Of a DNA stretch of 63,990 nucleotides, positions 23,701 through 34,355 are shown piece by piece; position 1 is the stretch's first letter, and every line of letters starts with the position of its first letter. Origin of the DNA: Phoronis australis (taxonomy: Eukaryota; Animalia; Phoronida); NCBI GenBank assembly GCA_002633005.1, contig NMRA01000027.1:533275-597264 (forward strand). Reading direction: 5' to 3'. A program made the translations under genes and the position numbers. The notes under the pieces were generated by a model. The model had not been told where the DNA came from and did no database searches. It saw only the letters and a program-made list of their open reading frames with translations.

Positions 23701-26595
23701 GAAACTCTTCTTGAATGGTGTGAATGAACTAGGTTCTTTTTCACTTTGAAGAACTGATCTTGAAAGTTGTGAGCTAAGCTGATTTACACTGAGAAACTGA
23801 TCTTGAAAGTTTCCTTCCCATGATAGCAGTGAAAATCGTTGACTGGACGTGTCAAAATTTGCAGCTTTTTAATAATTATCTTATTCTTGATGATAATGTG
23901 AACAATCTAATAGACAGTCTGTCATCGTATGGAAAAGGTTGAGTATCCTGGTTTATAATATACAAAGTGGTGGGTGCTAAGGATAATATGTCCATTTGAG
24001 CAGCTGTAATGATGCCAAGTTTAATTTAAAAACTAAGGTTTTCTAAAGCATAAAGCTGTTCCATGATGTGCTAGTCATCTCATGTTTATATAGAACTGTA
24101 CAAGGTAAAAGAAGACAAAATACAAAATTTTGGTGCCAACACTTTCCATTTTAAAAAGGTAATTTCCACTCATTCCCTTTTTGTGCCTGAAAAGTTGCAG
24201 ATTTTTTCTGCGCCTGTATTGCCATCATTTTGGCTTAAAAATTGATATCTTTATATTCCATTGCATTTCAGTCCTCTGTTGTATCATGCGCAGAAATTTT
24301 TGTTCAGAATTCCAGTGCAGAAATCTCTCCGCAGAATTCCAGCGCAGAAATTTCTGCTCAGTGCCCTGGAATTCTGTGCAGAAATTTCTGTGCATGATAC
24401 AACAGAGGGCTGAAATGCAGTGGAAAATATCAATTTTTAAGCCAAAATGATGGAAATCCAGGCGCAGAGAAAATCTGCAACTTTCAGGCACAAAAAGGGA
24501 ATGAGTGGAAGTTCCCTTTTCAAAATGGAAAGTGTTAGAGGGACTTATTTATCTTCCTGATAATTCCCCATCATTTTCTGTCATGAGAGAAGCCCACTCT
24601 GATGTTGAATTTGGCTTCTGCCCAGCCGTCGTGAGAGGGAATTCTGGGTCATTTTGTTTGAATACTTTTGGCTTGTAGTGGGTCCTTGGCTTAAGGACTG
24701 TGCTGGACTAGGTGAATGCTTCTCATCAGAGTAGACCTGTTTAATGACGGTGTGATCACATGACAAGTGTGACTGTGGGATAGTGTGACCGCAGGACAAT
24801 GTGACTGAGTGACTCTGAGCATTGATAGCCATTGAATTATGTCGGTTTCAACACTCCTTCTGTTCTCCATTCAGACATTGACTTGGTTCTGGACTGTGGT
24901 GGGAAGCTTCAACCAGGAACAGATGGCACGCCTTCTACAGTTCACTACTGGGTCATCCCAGCTGCCGCCAGAGGGATTCTCTGCTCTCAGCCCTATTTTT
25001 CAGATTTCGCCCCTTCCTACACACAGAGGTCTACCTATGGCCCACACATGGTGAGTGAATGAAGAAACTGAATTCATTGGTGAAATTTTCTTGGTTTTGT
25101 TGCTCTAGAGAAAAACACAATTTCATAACAATCAGAAATGTGGAGCTGGGGGTTGTAGAACATGAAAAGTAGTTTGTTAGCGGACGGAAATGTAAAAATT
25201 ATTCAGGTGCTGAATCAGGGTGTCCACAAACTTGAAGTGAAGTGGTGGGCGACTGGTAGGCATGGAGGGGGAAAAAGTTCTGTGTTGCAGTTGGCTGGTT
25301 ATGAAACATTGTTAACTGAGGGCTATGTAGGAGACATGTATGAAGTGCTAGACTCAACCTGTGATACTTTTGAGGCCCCAGTAATTGTCATCTTGAAATT
25401 AGCCAGACTCCAGTAGGTTTAAGCACAATGTGTTTAGTTTGAGCTTTACAACGCCATGTTGGAATTTCTCTGGGGTTTTGTCACTAAATGGTGATGCGAC
25501 AGGACAATAATTTTCATTTTTAGAATTTACCGTATTAATAATTCAGCAATAAATTTCTTTTTTTGTAATACCTTAGGTTGCAATGGAATTGGTTTAATAG
25601 GTGTTTTAATTGAATAGTTTCATATCAAAATATTTTCATTATTACTCCTGGTCATGTTTGTGATTGAAATATAAAAGAGGGATTAACAAACAAGTCTTAT
25701 TATACAGTGTTAATATGTTGTAAACCTGTTGGTCACCTCCTGAAATTCTCATGCAGTTGCCACCATGTTTGTTACCCAAATTTTGGTCAATTTAAATCTG
25801 AAATAGATCAACTTTCAGTCAAAATTGTAACTACGTACTGATCAGAATGACATTGAAAACACTTAAAGTTATTGAAATTTGATTAAGTTAGAAAATGATT
25901 TCTGGGTTTGCATAGAAGAGACGGTTGGTTATGGTTCAAGACCAGGCTCACTATGTTCACTTGTCACTGCAGTCAGTTCACTGTATAGGATGGTCTTGAC
26001 CAATAACTGTCAGTTATGGGTATAGGATGGTCTTGACCAATAACTGTCAGTTATGGGTATAGGATGGTTTCGACCAATAACTGTCAGTTATGCGTATGGG
26101 AAGGTTTTGACCAACAACTGTCAATTATGCGTATAGGATGGTGTTGACGAATAATTGTCAGTTATGCGTATCAGAGGGTCTCAATCAATAACTGTCAGTT
26201 ATGGCTATAGGATGGTTTTGACCAATAACTGCCAGTTATGCATATAGGATGGTCTCAACCAATAACTGTTAGTTATGTGTATAGGATGGTCTCAATCAAT
26301 AACTGTCAGTTATTTGTGTAGGATGGTCTCAACCAATACCAAACCGTCAGTTCTTGCCAGCCCAGGAGTCACTTCTGGTCGGAGTAAGGTATGTTTTGAA
26401 TCTACTTTGATTGTTTGATAGAACGTGGGCTTATAGCAGCTTTGATATTGGTATGAGCAATTCAGAAATTACTTTTTATTAATTTTTTTCAGTTTCAATC
26501 AACTTTGCTTGCCGGACTATGACACCATTGAAGACTTCCATCAATCCTTGCTGCTGGCTATCAATGAAGGAAGTCAAGGATTTGGATTTGCTTAA
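5745..26595 (+). CDS. AREL1: Apoptosis-resistant E3 ubiquitin-protein ligase 1-like (TM + filamin-type Ig repeats + HECT), complete, 18 coding exons, ~998 aa
   Basis: Hand-spliced GT-AG exons with consistent phases: 5745-5964, 7160-7334, 7835-8061, 8926-9158, 10147-10378, 10606-10775, 11084-11252, 11829-11962, 12805-12882, 13921-14107, 15573-15694, 17158-17346, 17699-17878, 19672-19797, 20921-21109, 23442-23528, 24875-25050, 26493-26595 (2997 nt incl. TAA). AREL1-type motifs: [106 protein letters not shown]. Confidence 0.95.
7025..7159. repeat. 31-32-bp tandem repeat (~4.3 copies) ending in the AREL1 exon-2 acceptor
   Basis: Unit TGATGTTTGTGGTCATAACTGTCAAGTGATT. The last partial copy reads TGATGTTTGCAG|exon. 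Confidence 0.88.
7404..7535. repeat. ~132-bp hairpin/palindromic element in AREL1 intron 2
   Basis: ~59-bp arms (CTACACGAGTCCCAGGTTGATGACATGGGCAAAACCTC... / ...GAGGTTTTGCCCATGTCATAAATCTGAGATGAGTGTAG) around the loop CGAGGCTTGCCGAA. Confidence 0.85.
8489..8894. mobile_element. Tc1/mariner(pogo)-type MITE with TA flanks
   Basis: TA|TCATATTCGCCCTAATAAGGGCC ... GGGCGCTTATTAGGGCAAATACGG|TA. Reiterated TAAGCGCCC subterminal motifs. Confidence 0.75.
8926..11252 (+). CDS. AREL1: AREL1 exons 4-7: second hydrophobic (TM) segment and filamin-type Ig-like region
   Basis: [22 protein letters not shown] (hydrophobic), followed by [30 protein letters not shown] (filamin-repeat signature) and VEPRDEFNN. 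Confidence 0.85.
9370..9660. repeat. Degenerate (GATGA/GACA) low-complexity microsatellite
   Basis: Repeated tgatgatggacagac/tgatgacagac motifs. Confidence 0.8.
14130..15330. mobile_element. Decayed interspersed repeat, Helitron/Helentron-associated-like, with internal subrepeats
   Basis: Repeated modules TTTCATGAAATTTGG...TGTCTAT...TTTCGG(C/A)CGGAT...GC(G/A)CCAC(C/T)TAG at ~14370-14465 and ~14800-14896. Related sequence at ~21560-21900 and, inverted, at ~29750-30770. Family assignment is inference. Confidence 0.5.
15573..26595 (+). CDS. AREL1: AREL1 exons 11-18: HECT domain; the catalytic Cys codon is split by the last intron (TG|T)
   Basis: [83 protein letters not shown]. Confidence 0.93.
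15652..15854 (+). repeat. 50-51-bp tandem repeat x4 made of the AREL1 exon-11 3' end plus splice donor
   Basis: Unit TACTAAAGCAGTTCAGGTGCAGCGTTATCGACTGCTAGAGTCG|GTGAGTG starting at 15652, 15702, 15753, 15803. Confidence 0.95.
18078..18785 (-). mobile_element. Solo-LTR-like element, antisense in AREL1 intron 13
   Basis: TG...CA ends with a short inverted repeat (TGTTACAG / CTGTCACA). On the - strand the order is HSE cluster, TATAAATA (18458-18451), AATAAA (18148-18143). No TSD seen; abuts a (CA)n tract. Confidence 0.6.
18451..18672 (-). promoter_or_regulatory. Heat-shock-element cluster plus TATA box
   Basis: Perfect 4-unit HSE aTTCt aGAAc tTTCc cGAAt at 18500-18519. Perfect 3-unit cTTCt aGAAa gTTCc at 18595-18609. 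Imperfect copies at ~18471, ~18550, ~18657. TATAAATA on the - strand at 18458-18451. Confidence 0.65.
18782..19072. repeat. Two (CA)n microsatellite tracts (~18782-18866, ~19023-19072) with a single-N join at 19022
   Basis: Direct reading. Confidence 0.9.
19786..19885 (+). repeat. ~40-bp degenerate triplication of the AREL1 exon-14 end plus donor
   Basis: CAACTATTGAAG|GTATTGTT, CAACTAGTGTAG|GTATTGTT, CAACTAGTGAAG|GTACTGCT, with GT at 19798, 19838, 19878. Confidence 0.8.
22038..22369. other. Assembly gap (332 N) in AREL1 intron 15
   Basis: Run of N. The flanking exons splice in frame (ENELE|LLMSG), so no coding exon appears to be missing. Confidence 0.98.
22417..23332. mobile_element. TTAA-flanked foldback MITE (Kolobok-like AGG...CCT termini) with ~320-bp inverted arms
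   Basis: TTAA|AGGCAAAGGCAAC ... TTGCCTTTCCCT|TTAA. Arm match e.g. GTCAGTCAACATGCCACACTGTTGCTGCGTACCG vs CGGTACGCAGCAACAGTGTGGCATGTTGACTGAC. Confidence 0.8.
24138..24536. mobile_element. ~400-bp near-perfect spacerless palindrome (foldback MITE)
   Basis: AACACTTTCCATTTT...AAAATGGAAAGTGTT, centred on GAATTC (24334-24339). Gives near-identical ORFs on both strands (24181 +, 24225 -). Confidence 0.88.
25984..26350. repeat. 37-bp minisatellite, ~10 copies
   Basis: Unit TATAGGATGGTCTTGACCAATAACTGTCAGTTATGGG (starts 26021, 26058...), containing the palindrome ATAACTG-T-CAGTTAT. Confidence 0.93.
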
Positions 26596-26854
26596 ATGAT
26601 TGGTTGTGATGCAAGAACATTTTTTTTAATTGTTTATTCTATTTCTTTTAAAGTGAATTAAGTGTGATGGTTTTTTATTGCATTAAAATATTCACCAATG
26701 TCGCAATTCTTGTCATAAGTACTTGTTGACTTAAAGTGAATTCAGTTCATTGAACCAATTCTGTAATCAATATTTGATTATGGTCAAGATTTGATTGAAT
26801 ATAAAAGGAAACCGGTGTGAATGTAAGTCAAAACGGCACCAAAATGTACACAGC

Positions 26855-27000
26855 GACCAGTGGAGGGCTCCAAGCTGGTACAAGTCATGTTGTACTGCAC
26901 AAAGTGACCAGTGAAGGGCTCCAAGCTGGTACAAGTCATGTTGTACTGCACAAAGTGACCAGTGGATAGCTCCAAGCCATAACATTGCATGTTATACTGC
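26855..27000. repeat. 51-bp tandem repeat (~2.9 copies) in the presumptive AREL1 3' UTR
   Basis: GACCAGTG.AGGGCTCCAAGCTGGTACAAGTCATGTTGTACTGCACAAAGT at 26855, 26906, 26957. Confidence 0.9.
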
Positions 27001-27814
27001 TGAATTCATTTAACTTTATGTTTGCTTGCATTGAAGTCCGTGCACCTGACAGACAATCACTTATCTTTCACATAAAATTTAAAGCACTTGCTCCTGTTTT
27101 GCATCCTGTGCAATAGGTGGAGCTTCACACGCACCCTAAATATGAACCTAGACATGAACAGTATACGTGTCATTATGCCAGCTTAGACAGGACAGTAGAC
27201 GTGTCATTATGCCAACTCTTTGCAGTGGATTGCCTCAGTGTCAAACGAAGGTTGATATTAAATTATAAATTAATGTTACTAGACTAATGTTCATCACTCT
27301 TCCACACTAAGGTGTAGCAGCACATCCCAGACATGTTGTCAACATAGGAAGCAAAATTAAGTTCTAATAGTTGATCGTGACCACAGTTGCGAAAGTGCTG
27401 TTCTATTAGAAGGATTTTGTGACAACGAAGTCACTTTCAGGTATTTTCGCTCCAAATGGATTAATCCATTATATTTTGCGTTGCTTTTTGTCAGATTCCT
27501 TGTGACTTGCACTGTAGCCTCAGTGTTGAAATGAAATGGTCATAGAAGGTGCAAAAACCTTTTGACTAAGCGACTGATTTTGTTGAATTTCAGGAGAGGA
27601 ATTATTTATTACTTTGCCCAGAATAAATTCATAGATGTGGAAGAAAACTATTGTCCATTTTCTTAACTTGTGCCGTGGTGCAATCCTGGTGGTTGGGATC
27701 AAAGTCAGGCCGTTGCCTCAGATTGCTTTCAGCTCAGTTTACATGATCACACAAACTGTAGAAAAATTAAGGAAATTGGCCATTAACAAATAAGGTAATC
27801 GTCGAATTTTTTAA

Positions 27815-27937
27815 AATAAAAGATGTCAACTACATGGTCATAGCTGTAACTGCAACAGACGTCTGGAGACGGTATAATAATGATTGAATGTTGTGTGTAG
27901 ACACATTAAACATTTCTAGTTTTTAATTTACTTTATT
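27815..27937. terminator. Candidate opposed polyadenylation signals of AREL1 (+) and LYST (-)
   Basis: + AATAAA 27815-27820 and ATTAAA 27905-27910 followed by a T-rich tract. - AATAAA at 27937-27932. Other candidates: + 26682 and 27622; - 29172-29167. Confidence 0.4.
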
Positions 27938-29415
27938 CTAAAACATTACTCAATATTGACCACTAAAATGACAACACATGAGTGACCAATTCATATAAAA
28001 ATGTTAACTGAAGACAAAACATTTGTGCCTCCAAAATAACACTAGATGTCACTTCTGCTGCCAATGGTTAAAATCTTCATCTTTTCAATAGATTGCAGAA
28101 ATGTACACAATTGCAACAAGACATACTGTAACTACTACCATCACTATGCAATCAATATTTCTATTTTCAAAGGAGCATTCTGCAATACAACAAGTTGTCA
28201 GTGACATGTCAACTACAGCATGCCACAGTTTAAAACCAGCACCTTAACTGTTTACACGTTGGTACCACCAGCATCGTATACATAAAAAATGTCAATGAAC
28301 ACACATCACAGCCAATGGTGAAACAAAATACTGTTGAACAGTTCACTACAAGGGGCACAAAGAACATTGAATTATTGAGCAATGAATGAACTACACATGA
28401 CTGTAAAAACCAACGCACAACTAACAAAGTCACATTTCTTAAAGTTGCGTTTCACTTACTTGAACTAGCTAAAGCACGGGAAATTGAATTGGGTCTTTTA
28501 TTCTCATCAGGTCTTGTGATGTTCCTTACCACGAAAGGATTACATTTTCATTGCCAACTTAAGTCACAGGCAATATGTACATATGCCACTCCTGAATTTT
28601 AGGGTAACTTGACTAACCTCAATTAACTAGATCGATTTCTTGGGTTGCTGATGGTCTCAATGTTCTTGCTGGTGATGGAAATAGAATCGTGATAAGAAAT
28701 ATTACGGACCCATTTACTAAGTAAAAGGTCTAGTTCGATTTCCGATTTTTAGAGCTAAACCGGCTGAAAGACAACTTTAACTGTGCCAACATATTGTTTA
28801 TATGATTATGTAAGAAGGCAGGATGTTTTCAAGTTTATCTAACATCAATGCATTATTATGCAACCTTCAAAGAATAAAATGTTGAAAGTAAAAATAAATG
28901 ACCACTTTGAAACGTTGAAAGACACTGTAAGTTACTGTAGGATACAATTTACATAATACGACAAAGCAACAACATTAAAGTTGTCTAGATCCCACAATTT
29001 TACTTGCAAAGCAAAACTATATCTAACTTCCTGAAAATGAAATATAAAAGGGTCTAAAAATATACTCCGTTCTCAGACAAATCCAGTTAACTGGCTTTAA
29101 GTATAGTTCCAACAAGATACAAAACAGTCGTGGTCAATCTGCTGAAATAAATTTGACACAATACTTTTTATTCAGCAAAAACAATCTCAGCTTTCAATTA
29201 GAAAAATGAATCCAGATTGTATTCCACACCGGATGGACATACCAACAAACTGATGCAATATCCATGGAAATGTAAAGCACTCTCAGTAACAAAATAGCAA
29301 TGCCGCGACAATTCAAATATAAAACGGTTGTTGACAAGCATGAGTAGATCAGTCTTTAATTTACACTCACGCTGAACACAACCAATCAAGGACATGTTAC
29401 AGCATAGTCAACTCT

Positions 29416-32400
29416 CTAGAAGACGTTGAGTCTTTTTAGGGTCTGCACTTTAGTCGGACACTGGTTCTCCCAAGCCGCAACGAGTCCTTTAGAGTCTGCG
29501 ATAAACAGACGCTGCGAATCATGGGAGAAAGTCAAGCTGACTATCGGGCTGTTTATAAAAGGGTCATTCAGGTCAAGAACGGGAGCAAGGGTCCAGGAAT
29601 TCCACAATCTGTAACAAAAATATCAAAAAACCTAGCATTCATTGTCTAGCAAATTTCTGTAACATTACTTAGTTTTTATAGAAAACAACACACAGCACAA
29701 CCTTTTTCTTTTGTTGTCAGTAATTCAATAAACACCGACACAAAAGACAAGAGCAACACGTAGACGACTGCACCACAAACGAGGTGTTTACTAGTATCAT
29801 GATGTAACACATACCACAAAAAGGCCGCAAGGAATCGCAACGTAGGTCAATACCGTCTGCTCCGTTGTTTCTGATAGAAACTTATTTACCAACTTTATGA
29901 GCATCCCCCAAGTCACTCGGTTGATAGAGCCCTATGTAAGGAGCCGCCACAGAAGTCGGGCTTATCCCAAAATCAATGTCAGTCGTACTCTCCTACTCAA
30001 CTGGAACATGCACGATACCAAATTTGATGAAGATCCACCAAAGACTCGTTAGATACAGACAAAACACAAATTTGGAAGCAGGGGATGCCACTGCAGTACT
30101 TGGACCCATCTGAAAATCTATGTCAGTTGCGATTATCTTGATAAGAACACAACTGTAATATATGATGATCCGGAAAATGCTATGCTGGAGAGGGAGGCAG
30201 ATGACAAAGTTAGAATAAAAAATAATAAAGATTGGCCTGGAGAATGCAAAATATGTTGAATCCATCCAAAATAAGAACGTGTCGTCTTTTCAGTAAAAAT
30301 CAATTTGCCATGAAGGAAATTGGTAGGTACACCTGCAAAGAAAACTTAAACTGACACTAGGGGGCACCACAAGAGTTCTACCTGTCTGAAATCAACGTCA
30401 GCCATGCTCATTTCAATAGGAAGATTGTGAAACGTCATAATCATAAGTGAGGCAGTTTGAAAGGCAGCTGCTAAAAACAAAGAGGAAAAATAATAAAAAT
30501 GGTCACCGGGGGGAAGATTACAAAAAAATCTGTCTGAAAATGGGAAGGTGTTGGCGTCTCCCACCAGAAGGAACTCGTATATAATGAAAAAAAATAAAAC
30601 TGCCAGTAGGAGACACAGTGGTAATCAAATCCATCTGAAAACTCATCCGTGTTACCTGACCGATGACAAGAACATGTCTGTAAAATTTCACAAATATCCA
30701 CCACAGGGTTTTGGAGATACAGCAACGGACGCCCTAACAGATGTACGATGGCATAACATGCCTGCTTAAATAGGAGTGGGCACATAACAACAATAACAAC
30801 TGTAAACTTGCCTGATCACACCATTTTCCAAGCCTCCTGCGATGACATTAATGGACCGGCCCTCTTGTGCTCCAGAAAATGTCAAGCACAGAATGTGGTC
30901 AGCGTTGACTATGGACTTTACCAACTTGGCATTGACTGTGTGTAGACACAGCAAACTCTGGTTGGTGCCTGCAAGGAACAACAGTAGTGATCTCACTGCT
31001 GAGCCATGACTGACAACTGCCGTGCTCTTTGGTTGATAGTAATCACCAGTTTGTAATGTATTCATTCATTGTCACTTTCAGATGGCACATATTTGGCAAA
31101 ATCGCTAAACCACGGCAAAAATTTGCAATAATACTGTCTAGTATATTAAAGTTCTTTGACATTTCATTCTCGACTTGTCAGAAATGTCCAATCTTTCATT
31201 GTATAAGACCAATGTCTATTAGATATAGATTCAAATGAATCAGTATTCATGACAGTGTGAAAATATTCACAATAATAATATGTTAATGCATTGTTAAAAG
31301 AATATTAAAATAAAATCCTTAAATTTTCCCTGAAGAGCTCAAAATTGAGCATAGAGCTTTCATACAAGTTGAGTCTAGATCAAATCCAACAATAAAATAT
31401 ATATATAAGATTTCAGCTCAGCTATAAAGTGGCTTACTGATTTGACTAACGGTCGCTATGTCTCCCGACGTGTCACTGACGGCCAGAGCTGTGACAGGGC
31501 TGCTGTGGGAACAGATAGAGTTGACATAGGAGAGCCTACAATGAACAATGAACAGCACACTGTTGTTACATCAGCCCAATATGAATGGCACTGGTCATCA
31601 ACACTGTATCAAATTAAAGTCTACCTTGAACAGAGTTTTGTTATTTTAGATATAATGGGCTAACCAGATAGTGCTAGCAAAGCCTCTGCAAAATAAGAAA
31701 AAAGGAGTTTAATGCCGGCCCATCAAATGAAAAGTGAAGCTGCCTTTTCATGCCATATTCCATCACTGCAAGAACCAAGCACAAAGAACAAAAGGCTGAT
31801 AGCAGTTGTATTGAATAGGGGTCTGCATAGGACACCACTGTGTGTGGGTGTTGTTCCCAGCTGTTTGAATTAAAAGGTGATTCTCGCAGTGACGCTGACA
31901 AAAGCAAGCCAATAAGCCTAGCAGTTCATTACATGTAATGATTTGTGGCACTGGTGGGTTCAGAGCGATGCTGTTAACATATCGAAGGAACCAAATTTAC
32001 AGGACCTGGTGTTATTGCTCAAGATAATTTTAATGCTTTGCCATTTTCAAGGTCTGTGCTGCAGCTAACACGAGACAACATTTTAAACAATTATTGTACA
32101 ACTGATACACCAACATTATGTGACAAATATACGAGTTGCTTGGGATGAGCTCACATGACTTCAACTGAGTGTCACATGACTTCAGCTGAGTATCACATGA
32201 CTTCAGCTGAGTATCACATGACTTCAGCTGAGTGTCACATGTCTTCAACTGAGTGGCAAATCTTCACGGCCATTTTCAAAATTTTTGATACTTAAGGCAG
32301 TTAGTTTTGAATTTGAACATCAATTTCTCTTCAACAAATGAGTTGTTATGCATAATTTGTACACTAAAAAGGGAGCTGCTTCCCACAGTTTTCTTTTACC

Positions 32401-34355
32401 AGTTTCAAAAATGGAGATATCATCCACCAAAACAGTCTCGCAAGATTGTTTAAAAAGGCAGGCTCATATCTCTATTGTTTGAGAGTAAATCAAAAATCTG
32501 AAGCACAGTTCTCTGCGTATCAAGAATATACAGCTCAAACATAAAAATCACCTGCAATTACCTTTTTTCAGAAATTCGTATTCAAAACAAAAACTGATTT
32601 TTCCCTAAAGGATGACAGATGATTGCAGTTCACTATCTGACATTTAAATATTGCATAAATTCACATGTTTCAGTGTGACATTCAGAACATTATTGAATAT
32701 TTCCAAAAACCTTTTTTGAGAAAAGTACTTAACACATAGCTGGTAAGTACAACGCAGAATCTTAATTTTTAGACTTAAGTTCATAACTCTAGCACTTACC
32801 AAAACTAATTAAAAGTAAACAAACATCAGGTGATATTTCATTAATTACCAGTTTTAAGGCACAATAATTCACCGATCATAATATGCTTGATAATTTCTAA
32901 TTCCAAAAAATCTCACCTGTTGAGGTCCCAGACAATGCAGGTGCCATCGTCGCTGGCACTGACCAGGATACTGTAGGGTTTACACACTTGGAGTGCTCTG
33001 ATTGGTCCGTTGTGACCGTACAGACACTGACGACAGGAAGTGACTTGCAATTCTGACTGCTGCAATATGTGAGATAAAACACCCTCTTAGGGAACGACAC
33101 CTCTGCACAATAAAACAATTAAGAACAAGACACAATGCAAGATCAGGGTGGAGAAACTTTTCAGCAAATTAAGTGAAGAAATACCATATAGCCTTATCGT
33201 TGCATTCATAAAGTACACAATGTGCACTAAATCACAATGAACTTAGAACCAAGCTATCTCATGAAAACTAGGTTTGCCTTGAAACAAAAAGTTGTCACTA
33301 CAAAACTAAGTCATAGAGGATGTGAATTATCCTACCAATAAAGTGATACAGTGTTAACAGATGTGAATACCACAGACTGAAGTTCTTTACATGGGAAATC
33401 CACATTTTTACAGGTCCCATACACTTTTTCAGCAACGTAAACACCATGTGGTGAGCTCAATGGAAGTAAAAATAACCAACATGTAGCTATAAAAATCATA
33501 CTTTAATAAGAAGTAAAGCAGCTGGCTCAATACCGGCTCAGACATGGCTACTTACCTTTGAAGAGAGAAAGCGAGTATTGAATACAGTAATGACACCACT
33601 GGTGCCACCTATGAACAGACGTTTGCAGTCAGGCACAGAAGCGCAACAGGTCACCTGAAAGTCATACCAACTAACGTCATTATTTAATTGCTAGTATATA
33701 CCAATATGTTAGCCCAACCACACGCAATACAAGTGTAGTTGAAATGAGTACTTCTAAAATGTAACTATAAATGACATAATAATGTACATTTATACATCTT
33801 TTACATCCAGTCAATTGCTTACATATTATTTTACGTAACATCAACAGTAGAAAGCATGGACAGCTAGTGTCCGAAAATCAACCTCCCCCTGGAGACTTTT
33901 GTTCTAATTTTGGAAAAACGAGGAAACACTTTGAAACATTGAAAGTGGACACTCGTACCATGCCCTAATATACCACAAAACTTTCTTTTCATGCAGCCTT
34001 ATTTAGAATGACTTAATGAACCACCAGGTGGCAGCACGCGTCACATGCTCAACAGCTATCCCAATCGTGACCTCTTGCAAAAGCCTCACACACTAGGCAA
34101 CTCTTGCGACAGTTAATGGCTATTTCATGTGATTTCCACTATTTCATGAGTCTTTTTACACTTAAAACATTCATCTAGCACCAATGGACAAAAGTGAGTC
34201 GATTGAACAGTCTCTGACCTTCTCCTCAGAGGTCCAGTGAATGAAGTTGGTGGGTGGCAGATCCTTCTTATTCTTGATCCTCAGTATGTTGTCTGGGTGA
34301 CCCCAGCTGACGATGCTTGCCCAGATCACATCAGTGGTGTTGATGGCGACAACTC
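29416..34355 (-). CDS. LYST: LYST C-terminal WD40-repeat exons
   Basis: [56 protein letters not shown], stop at 29416-29418. Confidence 0.92.

Noticed and set aside
24181-24491. Paired ORFs on both strands with near-identical peptides
   Set aside because: A consequence of the palindrome, with no coding evidence.
24839-25054. HECT ending AHTW* (apparent loss of the catalytic Cys)
   Set aside because: An unspliced-ORF artefact: TG|GTGAGT splices to T at 26493 to give AHTCFNQL.
5270-26350. 41-, 50- and 37-bp palindrome-containing arrays as CRISPR
   Set aside because: Units are head-to-tail with no unique spacers, there are no cas genes, and they sit in or beside spliceosomal introns.
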